NCBI RefSeq assembly: GCF_018350175.1
Contig: NC_058368.1
Span: 215,576,001-215,640,000, forward strand
DNA from: Felis catus
Lineage: Eukaryota
Direction: 5' to 3'
Length of the DNA: 64,000 nt
In this document: one piece after another, positions 36,735-47,225 of the stretch
Position numbering within the stretch: the stretch's first letter is position 1
How the letters are laid out: each line of letters begins with the position of its first letter
Program-made: the position numbers and the translations under genes
Notes under the pieces: generated by a model
Told to the model about the DNA's origin: nothing
What the model saw: the letters and a program-made list of their open reading frames with translations, nothing else
Databases searched by the model: none

Positions 36735-38304
36735 CCGGTCTAGAGGTAGTTCAGAGTTCACGTTTTCCTTTTTACCCACCCCAAACATCTATTTATCTCA
36801 AAAGACTTGTAAATATTAGCTTTAGGAAAATAATTTTCTGTATTTGCCTGTGAAGTCTTTAGATTTCACTCTGGTTAACTGGATAACTAAGTATTGTTTC
36901 ACAATGACCTATGATCATATTTGACCAAGTGCTTTAAAATCTTTTGATTTTTTTGACAAACTTTCCAAAATCTAATTCTAAGGGGAGTCTTTTTGACCTA
37001 AAACTAACCTTGGGATTTTGCAGAGTCCCTGAAGCATCTGAAAAGATTTTTTTCTCTCTCCTTATAAAAAAGAAGAGATGTTAAACTAATTAGGCTAACT
37101 TGTATGTAAATTTATATGGTAAGCATTGTCAAATAAGAATAGTAAGCTTTCTTTCTGTTATGTTTGTATAGATATAAGTGTTCCAGAAATATGAAATTTC
37201 TAAAGTCTGCTTTGTCCTGGTATAGCATTAGTCATGATTCCAGTTATTATCTTAAAATGTATGCATGGAAATAACAAAATTTCCTTGTCAGTTACATTAT
37301 ACTAAATTCCTATCAGATCTTTAAATATAAGTATCATACCCAATAACAGATTCTTACTGTTTTATTTTCATGGTTTTGCGTTATTCCTGCAAAAGTGATT
37401 TTCAAGGAGATTCATGGAAACAATCTTGAGGAGTACAGGTTTCTAATAAATTTAAGATGACAAAACTGAACTGGGTAAGAATTTCTTGAACTAGTGGAGA
37501 AACTGTATTAAAGCAGAACAAGTATTAATTATTAGGACCATATGAACTAAGAAGCATGATTATAATTTTATGACTTTTTGGAAACATTGCTGGTTCTATG
37601 ATGATTTGCTTTTCAAAATTTAAGGAAACTTTTTCTTAGGCTTCCCATAGCTTATAGCAATTTGGTAAAGCATACTTTTTGTAAACAAAGATAAAAACAT
37701 TTACTTTTCCACCCTGCCTGATTCCTCTAGAATTTATAAACTTTTGAGTATTCTTTTAATGGCAAAATCATCATTTACCTAAATTTAGTAAAACCTGTTC
37801 TTGTTACAGAACATAACTGGAAATGTTGACTATATTACCAAGGCTTTGATTGGAATGTCATATTTGAGAGAAATGTGCATACACTTAGATGTGACAAGAC
37901 AGTTCTAAGAAAGAAAAGTTGACTTTATGGAGCCAATAAAGCTTCTTGGAAAAACCATGGTATCTTTTTTAAAAGATTTCAGTAAACGAGTCTTAAAAAG
38001 AGCTTATATGGTCAATCACTATTCTCACTTTACATTTGTAAATAATCAGGCCAAATTTAATGCATACATTATTTTAATATGATTATCTTTGATGAAAATG
38101 GTGATAACTATAGACAGAAAAATGTTTATATCTTTGTAAATATTAAATTCTAATCCTGTTAACATGTCTAATTACATTTTTTTTTACATAGCTGGAAGTT
38201 GGATTGGATTCTGAAATTTAATTTTTTCAAATATCTGGCTACAACTCTCCAAACTAACATTTCCAATTTTCTCCCACCGTTCTAATTTGGTATCATTAAG
38301 AACA

Positions 38305-38439
38305 AAGACTGCCTTTGAATCTCCTTAGAAATAAATATATCAGGTTGTCTTCATTATCCAAAGGGCAGCCAAGCTTCAGGAAGGTGAACCTTGGATATAC
38401 ATCTCATAGCCGAGGAAGTCTCCACTTGACATCTGGTCC
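38305..38439 (+). pseudogene. ERV integrase C-terminal remnant
   Basis: Translates KTAFESP*K*IYQVVFIIQRAAKLQEGEPWIYIS*PRKSPLDIWS, resembling the gammaretroviral WKGPY..PWIH tail. Confidence 0.75.
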
Positions 38440-38554
38440 TAATGCTGGAGACCTCTAAAACTAGTTGACTAGGAAGAGAAGTAGCTGACCTTGAGATAGA
38501 CTGCTTTCTCTCAAGATTCCAGATCAAGACTTCACACAGTAGCCAGACATAAAA

Positions 38555-39760
38555 CCTTCTTTTTGCTTTTTTTTCTTACTCTAGCATTGACTTGGAAAGA
38601 CAATGCTATCATCTTTATCTCCCAGTGCATTCCTAAGGGGAAGAGGTCATCCAAACTTCAAACAACTGTTAAATTTTCAGTGATACTAGTGATTCTGTAG
38701 TTGTACCTATCACAAACTACTTTTGGATTTCCCAAAGACTCAGTTTTTCTGGAACAAACTCAGTTCTCTCTCTATTGTGTCAAACTACCTAACCTAGAGA
38801 TTCTATTTCCCTGTCCGTGATGAATAACACCAAACCCAGGGAACTTTGCACCCAGGGTCTACAAAAAGAAAGAGACACAGGCATGGGTGACCAGAATAAA
38901 ACTATTTGTGTTGTCTACAGACCATTAAAAGTTACTGGCATCCGTGGCTCTTATCTTTCCAGTCTAGAGTGATAGACTCAAATGGAAATGACCAAATTTC
39001 AAATTTAGCTTCCTTTGGTAGATCATAGCTCCCTTGGCTAGGAATAGGTGAAAATGACGCTGTGACCAGGAATCTCTCCTTAACTCTTGAAGACATTGCA
39101 GAGCTGCTAAAATAACAGCTGCACGCAAAAATTCTTAGACTCTTTGGCTAAAGTCATTCTTGATATAGGATAGTGCTTGATTATCTTTTAGTGAACAAGG
39201 AGGTATTTTTCTGTGGCCAACACAGGTTCCTACACCAGGATTAACACTTCTGGAGAAAATGAAACTCAGTATCTTCCAAAACTGTAGGATCACTGAGGAA
39301 CACACTTGGCTTAAAAAAGATAATTCCTTAATGGGGTCTTTCTTTCACTTACTTGATTTTGATTGATTCGTGTTTTGGGGACCATGGTTCTGGAGTTCAC
39401 TCCATACATTTTACATATACATATACATATACATATACACACATATACACACACATATACATATACATATATATACATACATATACATATATATACATAC
39501 ATATACATATATACATATATGTATATATGTATATATACATGTAAGTATATATATACATATAGGTATATACGTATATACATATACACATACATACGTATAC
39601 GTATATATATACATATAATATATATATGTATATGTAATTTTTTAACTTATAAAACTCAACAGTAGTCTCCCTGTTGTGCTATATTCTCTCAAAAGTTTAT
39701 ATGCATGTTTGCAGCCGGTAATCACCAAGCAAATGATCTCCCTAAGACTGAAATGGTAGA
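38555..39760 (+). pseudogene. Decayed gamma-type env
   Basis: Signal-like FFLTLALTWKDNAII ~38570; TM pieces across frameshifts LPWLGIGENDAVTRNLSLTLEDIA / LDSLAKVILD / RIVLDYLL / EQGG / VANT..INTSGE (39029-39270); WGPWF before the microsatellite. Confidence 0.8.
39412..39635. repeat. (TACATA)n/(TA)n compound microsatellite inside env
   Basis: Direct reading; source of six spurious overlapping ORFs. Confidence 0.97.
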
Positions 39761-39979
39761 AAAGGTATGAAGAAAATGACTGAAATAAATTTGTAAATAT
39801 AAAGTTGTGAATATTAATTTCGCAGAATTTAAGCAAAAAAAAAAAAGCATGAATACCACACAGAGGATCAACAAAAAGCAAAAAGTGCAAGAACTTCAGA
39901 GTAGAGGCTGGGAGGGGTGCTAATGCCTTAAATTTTGTTCATGTCTCTCAATCTGAGAGTTTGATCAAAAGGAGGAAAT

Positions 39980-40350
39980 TACAACAAGAAAAGGCAATAG
40001 GCCTACAGCGGAGTCACTTGTGCTAAACTCTACATCAGCGAATCAAGACTTAATATTTAACCTAAGTGCAATTTCAGTCACTCCCAGGAATGTTATCCAT
40101 GTTACAGTCAATCTGAAATGTTCTGGTCAGTGTTCCTAAGCTACTACACCTGATAAGCCTTTCTATCCCCCAAAGATGAGATAATTCACTCTTTCCTTGT
40201 TCCTGTCCCCTTCCACCTATGAATGTCTCCTGTTTTGTTTATCTCTTTGGATTGCTCCTTTCCATTTGCTAGATGGGATGCTGCTTGATTCAGTAGTCAT
40301 TGGTTGAAGCCAACTGGTCTTTAAGTTTACTCAGATGAATATTTTTAACA
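39980..40350 (+). mobile_element. ERV1 3' LTR (MER34A-like)
   Basis: Follows PPT; aaggcaataggcctacagcggagtcacttgtgctaa; ends gatgctgcttgattca..aagtttactcagatgaatatttttaaCA. Confidence 0.82.
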
Positions 40351-40648
40351 CATTTATCCAAATATTTCTCAAAAAAATCAGTTCTCATTTTTTTTCCTAA
40401 AACAGAGCGGCAGTAGTAAAAACTGATGTAGAAATAAATACAAACTCTACAATCCAGTTTCCCTTCCGTCACCATGGCAAACTATTAAAACCTTATTTGT
40501 TTGTCATTTCATTATGTTTAAAATGTGGCTATTAATACCAGCAAACAGTTTACCTCAGACTATTGGTTAAGAATTAAATGAGATGAAAGGCATATTTTAA
40601 ATACATTTGAAATGATAAATGAAACAAAAGTAGAAGATAGAGAACAGG

Positions 40649-40656
40649 GCTTTTTT

Positions 40657-40687
<31 letters not shown>
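40649..40687. repeat. (T)n(GT)n microsatellite
   Basis: Direct reading. Confidence 0.95.
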
Positions 40688-41548
40688 TTTGTACTTGGTG
40701 GGTGGTAACATACCCATCTTATGTATTGAATACTTTAGAGTGAAATAGTTTTTTTCTAAAAATAATTTCTGGCAGACACCCTAATATGGCCTTATTCTAC
40801 TGAAGCATTTTCTGAAACTACTTGATTTTGTACAAATATGGCTTTTCTACACCCGGAATCAGATTCTTCCGGGTGTGTAACTACTCCATAAAACATTAAC
40901 TACAAAAAATTCCAGCAGCTTCTGAGAACACAATTTAAACTACAGAACCTGCAAAGGTACACATATATCAGACAACTCAATTTTAGCAGAAGGAGCCAAA
41001 AGAATTAAGCACCATATTTACATATATTTGGATCCTGGCAACTTTGGCATTATTCCACTACCTTTCATATGATATTGCAACGTCTGCTCCCTGAGGAGAC
41101 AGGAGGGAAGCTGACACCACCCACTGTCTACTGTACTTTGCTTTATGCGGTCGGATTCTTCATTTTGTTTGACACCAGATATGCAACTCTAAATTAGCCC
41201 TTCTAATGTTCAAGCCTGAAGGAGTGTAATGAAAACAATAACTTATGTTTTTGTTCTAAGAAGTTGTCTTTTTTTTTTTATTGCATTCGCCTTTCACCTT
41301 CTTTCTATTTGTTTCCTAATACAGGCATAAATATGTATGCATGCTTAATAAAGCATTATTTTTAAAAGATTTATGCTAGTTTTTAGACCAACTACTTGGT
41401 ATTTCAAGAAGGACCAAAGGAGTTGTGTTACTATATTATATTCTGGAAGTAACAAAACAACATAATGTTTCAGAAAAAGGAATAAAAAATGAAAGATACA
41501 GAGCCTTGATGAAGATACATTATGAAATATATCAATACCAAAGTTACT

Positions 41549-41715
41549 TATACACACACACATATATATACACACATTGTTATACGAGTGTAAAAGAGGA
41601 TATATATATATATATGTGTATATGTATGTGTATGTATGTATATGTATATATGTATATGTATGTATATATGTATATACATATGTATATATATCCTCTTTTA
41701 CTCTCATATAACAAT
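41549..41715. repeat. TA/CA/TG microsatellite containing a 33-bp inverted repeat
   Basis: Arms 41576-41608 and 41683-41715, 31/33 complementary. Confidence 0.95.
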
Positions 41716-43249
41716 AATGCAACATATTTAAGCAAAGACCAATTTTTAAACTTTTAAAGCAAGTTGATTTTGTCACTTGTTTTCATTCTTTTAGCTTAAA
41801 GCACTGACTGGACACTCTGTTATTATTCCAGTTTTCTATTAAAAAGTCCTAACACACACACAAAATCATAATGAGAACAAAAATTGTCATCTTGGTAGAA
41901 CTGACATGTTTCTCTAGTTCTTTACCATTTTTTTCCCTTTCCCCAGGCTATTTTGGAAACTCTCTATTTTCATTCTCACTTCATGTTTACTTTGGGACTT
42001 TTCAGATTAAAATGGGATGACACTGCCTCCAGTGCATAAATTATTGACCAGAGGTGGGAATCAGATACAAGACATGCAAATGAGGATATTTTTGGGTAAC
42101 TGAACAAACACTTCCAGATCCCACTGTGCTCTTTAATACTTGCTTTCTGGTATGGTGGAGATATCAACTTACTGATACTGGCTGTTTTCTGCTGTGTGAA
42201 CTTGAAAATGGAGCAAACAGATACGGGGCAGGTGAGACAAAGCCTACGGGGGGTGGGGAGAAAGGCACAAAAATAGAGTTTGAAAGGATTTATATTTCTG
42301 ATTTTAGTTCAGCACTTTTTGAGTTTCCTGAATTACTGCAGCATCATTATTATGCCTTACTCTATTTTTGATTAATATAGCTTGAATTGGCATTTTGCCA
42401 CCTACTAGGAGAAAAGTTCCTAATAATAAAGAGTTAAACTTTTTTTTTTTAGTTTCAGAGAGAAATTAGACTTTATAGGCCATTAATAAAAGGCACTAAT
42501 GTAATTAGTCTTTACAAATATTTTGCTGCCTGGGGAAGAACACAGAAAGAAACAAACAAACACCTTCCCTAAGCCCTTCAAGCTGGTTACAAACCTGATA
42601 GCTATATTTCTATTGCAGTATACTTTTGTTTAAAACTTGCACATACTCCATTAGATCTTTTATTGTATATCCCTAATGAGGTAACATTTTAAGAAACAAG
42701 ACAGGATGTGAGTGGGGCTAATAATTGGCATTATATTCTGGGATGTTGGTTCCCCTGAGAAATACTGAAAGTAGAGATAAATACTATCAAACCTTTAAAT
42801 ATCCAAAGAAGATGAAGAGTTTCGATTGATAGTAAAATTAACTGGTAGATAGAGGGAATTAACTAAATCTGGAATAAAGAATATAATAAATGCACACTGT
42901 ATGGATACAAGAAATAGACTTGGAATTTTGAGACTTACAACTCATCTGGATTCAAGTGCACCAGAGACCAGATATACTTTGAAGTGAATTTGCAGAAAGC
43001 TATTGATTTTTTTGCTGTTTTGCTTTTCACTGTCTTGTTCGCATGTCAATTATTTACAATGCACTTTAATAAAACAAACAACCAAAAGGCAAGGCTGGCT
43101 TCAAAATAACCAAAAATATAAGGTTGGTTTTAACCTGCTTCAATTTTCATTAACTTCCCCTGGATCAAAATACTGGCAGGTTGGACATCACTCTGCAACA
43201 TTTCACTGCCCTGAAATGTATGTAATCCCATCACTTTAAAAATATAGTG

Positions 43250-43990
43250 TGGTAAGAAAATTACTTCTATTCCCTTTATACTGCTATATTCTTTGTATAT
43301 TAGATCTCTTAATTTATCTTTGTCTAATTTAAATATGTTCTATCAACATTCATCTACCTGGCACATTCACTTAAAATTTTCAAGTTTGTCTACCCTGACA
43401 TTCAATTCCTTGTCAAGTACATTTTTTAAAATCCCTATATTTGACTGGAATGAGTTTCTTTCACTTTTTTAGAAGTATAGTGTAGGGATATTGCTTAAAA
43501 ATTACTTCCTTTTTTCTTTAAAAATATCTTAATTTTTGAAGAATATTCTTTATAGAATCTTGCATTTCTTAAAGGGCTTTAATGATATAATTCCACGGTC
43601 TTCTGGATTGCATTGATTCTGCTGAAAAGTCAGATGTCAGTTTTATTGGTCCTTAATTTAAAATTTTTACATTTAATTTTCTTACCATTTTCTTTTTTTT
43701 TCAGGTATTTTACTACGATGTTTATATAAGTCATTTTATTTTCATTTACACTGCTTGGTGTTCATAATACTTTATTAACTTTTGTGTGGTATCTCTTCAG
43801 TTTTAGAAAATTTGTGGTGAGTATATCTTTAGATATTCTTTGTACTCTTATTTTCTTCCCCTTTTTTCATTATAAATCAAATTACATGCATGCTAAGTTT
43901 TTTCACTACATTGCATTTAACTGTAATTTTCTATTTGTGTTACTGTATTGCTTATTCTTTGTATTTAAGTTGGAATACTTTCTATTATAT
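43250..43990 (-). mobile_element. Ancient L1M/HAL1 ORF1-region fragment
   Basis: ttccacggtcttctggattgcattg..tgctgaaaagtcagatgtcag; ttcttcagttttagaaaattt-like antisense ORF1 motifs. Confidence 0.6.
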
Positions 43991-44717
43991 AGGCTTAACC
44001 TCAGTTTGGATTCAGAATAGGAAGGCCAGTGAACTTTAAGATGGGTAAAACTAAATACTCAAAGTGGAATAAAGAGAGAATAAAGAGTGAGAACTGTAAG
44101 AAAACAAATCATCTCCAATATGTGCTACAATAGTTAATGGAAAACCTATATATAACTAGCTTCCAAGGAGAGAAGAGATAAGTTAGAGGAACTATTAGAA
44201 GAAATAACGAATGGAAAATTTCCAAATTGATAAAAGACACTAATGCATATATACATGAAATACATGAAATCACATCTAGCATACCATAAATTGTTAAAAC
44301 AAACAAAAAGTAATTCTTCAATAACAAGGAAAAAGGATTTACTACATATAGCAGAACAACAAAATGAATGACTAATGACTTCCCATCAGGGAAAATGGAA
44401 TGTCAAATGGCAAAAGAAAATAAAAATTTTTAGCTACAATTTTATATTCTCTGAAAATATTGCTTGAATTTTGATAGGTCTCAAGGGATATTTCCAGACA
44501 AAACTTGAAAGTATTTTTATCCAGTAAATTCACTACCAGAAGTAGTTAAAAGAAGTTCTTTAAGAGGAGGGAAAAATTAACAAATAGCCAGATTTAAAGT
44601 ATGTAATAAAAACACCAGGAAAGGGATATCTCTAGAGAAATATATAACAGATTTTTTAGTGTTTTTTTATATTTATAATTTTTTTATGTTCACAATTTTA
44701 TATTTAGAGTTTAGCGA

Positions 44718-44948
44718 TTTTTCTTTTTTTTAAGGTTTATTTTTGACAGAGAGAGATGGGGGAGACAGAGTGAGCAGGGGGAGGGGCAGAGAGAGAGAGA
44801 GAGAGAGAAGGAGACACAGAATCCAAAACACGTTCCAGGACCTGAGCTGTTAGCACAGAGCCCAAGGCCAGGCTCGAACCCACAGACCACGAGATCATGG
44901 CCTAAGCTGATGTTGGATGCTTCACCTACTATGCCACCCAGGCGCCCC
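44718..44948 (-). mobile_element. CAN-SINE
   Basis: ggagacacagaatcc...gccacccaggcgcccc. Confidence 0.95.
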
Positions 44949-45078
44949 CACTCTAGTTATTTCTTTAAAATAAATTATGTTAGGTTTATAATGAAGGGAA
45001 AGTAAAATACAAAAATTTTGGTCAAGTATTTGAACAAAGTAAATAATACTGTGATATGTTTTTAAAATTCTTATTACA

Positions 45079-45284
45079 GGGGGAAAAAAAAGTTACAGAG
45101 AGGGAGGGAGGCAAACCATAAAAGACTCTTAAATACTGAGAACAAACTGAGTGTTTATGAGGGGTGGGGGAGAGGGGAAAGTGGGTGATGGGCATTGAGG
45201 AGGGCACTTGTTGGGATGAGCACTGGGTGTTGTATGGAAACCAATTTGACAATGAATTATATTAAAAAATAAAATAAAATAAAA
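45079..45284 (+). mobile_element. Short felid L1 3' UTR insertion
   Basis: gggcattgaggagggcacttgttgggatgagcactggg; (TAAAA)n tail; TSD taaaattcttattaca (45063-45078) / taaaattctcatgaca (45285-45300). Confidence 0.93.
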
Positions 45285-46169
45285 TAAAATTCTCATGACA
45301 TACGGTAATATCATTTGCATACTAAAATCACTAGCTTACCAAATCAAAGATATAGTTAAGTCAGTATAGGATATATTTGCCACAAACAGGTGAGTGAAAA
45401 ATAACAAAGAAGAACAAATGGTATACACAAAACCAAAAACCAAGATCCAAACATGTCAATTATTCATTTTATATGTTTGAATTAAGATTACCAATAAAAA
45501 AAATCAGACAACTCTTTTGATCAACTAAGAACATGTTATACTTGCTCATTAGAGATATATTTTAAATTAACAGATGCAGTGGCTAAAATAAAAAACACTG
45601 AAAAATGACATAGTATCCTAAGACCCAGCTAAAGTAGGTTGTAATGACTATATTAATATCTGAAAAAGTGGATCTCACCTCAAATGCATTACTAGAGTTG
45701 AAAAAATATTTTATAAAAAATAAAGGATCAATTATTCAAATCTAATAATCCTAAGTGTGCACCTATTAACAGAGCTACAAGATATATGAAGAAAAATAAC
45801 AGAGCTAAATGTGGAAATATCAAATCTACAATAAATGCTAAATATTTTAATATCATTTTTATTAGTTGATAGAACAAGTATGTAAAAATGACTATAGGTA
45901 CAGATATTTGATCAATACTATCAAGTTAACCGAAGTTCTGTACATCTAATTGACCTCATTAAAGAACAAATACAACCTACCACTAAAACATAAATATTCA
46001 AATGTCTGTGGAATATTAAGTCATACGGTGGACCATAAAAACAACTCTAAGTATAATGAGTAAAGCAAAGTATATTTTCTGACCCACGTTTATTTCTAGA
46101 ACTTGATTCTCTTGTATAGATCCATATTTACATATGTTGTTAACTTTCTTGTCTGAAAAATTACATATA

Positions 46170-46870
46170 AGATTTCTTTACTATGGGTCTCCTGAAGATA
46201 ATTCTGTGTCACAAAAATATTTGCTTTCACTTTATTTTTTAATGTTTGTTATTTATTTTGAGAGAGAGAGGAAGAAAGCGAGCAGGGCAGGGAAAGAGAG
46301 AGAGGGAGAGAGAGAATCCCAAGCAGGTTCCACAGTATCAGCACAGAGCCCAACGTGGGGCTTGATCCCATGAACTGTGAGGTCATGACCTGAGCTGAAG
46401 TCCAGTGTTGGACACTTAACTGACTGAGCCAGCCAGGTGTCCCTTGTTTTCACTTTAGGTGATATTTTTATTATGTATAGAATTCTATGCCAGGAAGCAT
46501 AGAAGAAAAAGAGAGTAGTGAGGAGACCCTCATGACCACAATGTAAGGAGAGAAGAAATGATGAAAAATTGGATTGAAAGAGCTTCAGCCTGCAATGCAT
46601 CTCTGATCAGGTACTGGCCAGGATAATGGCAGTCCCAGAACAAAGATATTCCATTAGGAGATTTACATATTAGGCAGGCATATCATAACTCCAGTACCCT
46701 CACACCGTTCTGTCATTGGTTGGGCATAAACTGGAAAGTGTGGCTTTGATAAAATGCTTTGGTGGATCCTCAAGTTGTGGCAGCTGAAGTTTGTCAACTA
46801 ACTTTATTTTTTCCAGCACAGATTCTTTTTTGAAGAGAGCTCTGAGTGGAACACTCTCATGGCAGACACA
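46170..46870 (-). mobile_element. ERVL solo LTR, LTR16-like, split by a SINE
   Basis: gagcttcagcctgcaatgca..gtcattggttggg..ggtggatcc..gcagctgaag..tgaagagagctctgagtgg..catggcagacaca. Confidence 0.7.
46235..46443 (-). mobile_element. CAN-SINE
   Basis: TSD ttgctttcacttta (46221-46234) / ttgttttcacttta (46444-46457). Confidence 0.97.
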
Positions 46871-47031
46871 GAAGGAAACTTTGTTATCCTCATATAGAGC
46901 ATCTTTGATAAGTATGATATTTGTAGTCTGATGACAGAAGATTGAAGACTTTCCCTTGGGCTCAGGAGCAAGACTAGACCATCTGTTTTCACCTTTTCTA
47001 TTCAATATTGTCCTAGAAGACTGGAAGAGTG

Positions 47032-47225
47032 ATATACATATATATATATATATATATATGATATCATATATATATATATCAGATGTGTATGGTGTGTATG
47101 TATACATATGGTGTGTATGTATATGTATGTAAGGGTGTGTATGCATATATATGTTATACTATGTATACAATCCCTATTAATATAACATACATATATAACA
47201 TGCATATGTTATAACTATATATATT
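47032..47225. repeat. TA/TG low-complexity tract
   Basis: Direct reading. Confidence 0.9.

Larger units (their letters stand above)
36736..39979 (+). mobile_element. ERV1 internal region (MER4/MER34-group-like), 5'-deleted
   Basis: AT-rich non-coding internal segment, then integrase tail, env remnant and PPT aaaaggaggaaat at ~39967-39979. Confidence 0.82.
44000..47025 (+). mobile_element. Ancient fragmented L1M (ORF1, EN, RT piece), interrupted by SINEs, a young L1 and an LTR16
   Basis: gaagaaataacgaatggaaaatttccaaattgataaaagacac (ORF1); EN-like 45500-46090; RT-like ttcaccttttctattcaatattgtcctagaag ~46990. Confidence 0.6.

Noticed and set aside
39311..39665. Six overlapping Y/I/H/T-rich ORFs
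   Set aside because: Stop-free frames of a TACATA/TA microsatellite
38555..39760. Captured env gene (syncytin- or HEMO-like)
   Set aside because: Multiple stops and frameshifts, no intact CX6CC motif, and a microsatellite insertion
16426..40350. The two ERV1 LTRs as ends of one provirus
   Set aside because: Their sequences are dissimilar, they are ~23 kb apart, and no PBS or internal sequence follows the first
41576..41715. MITE with 25-33 bp TIRs
   Set aside because: No TSD (flanks cacac / aatgc), the interior is pure microsatellite, and the termini match no TIR I recognise
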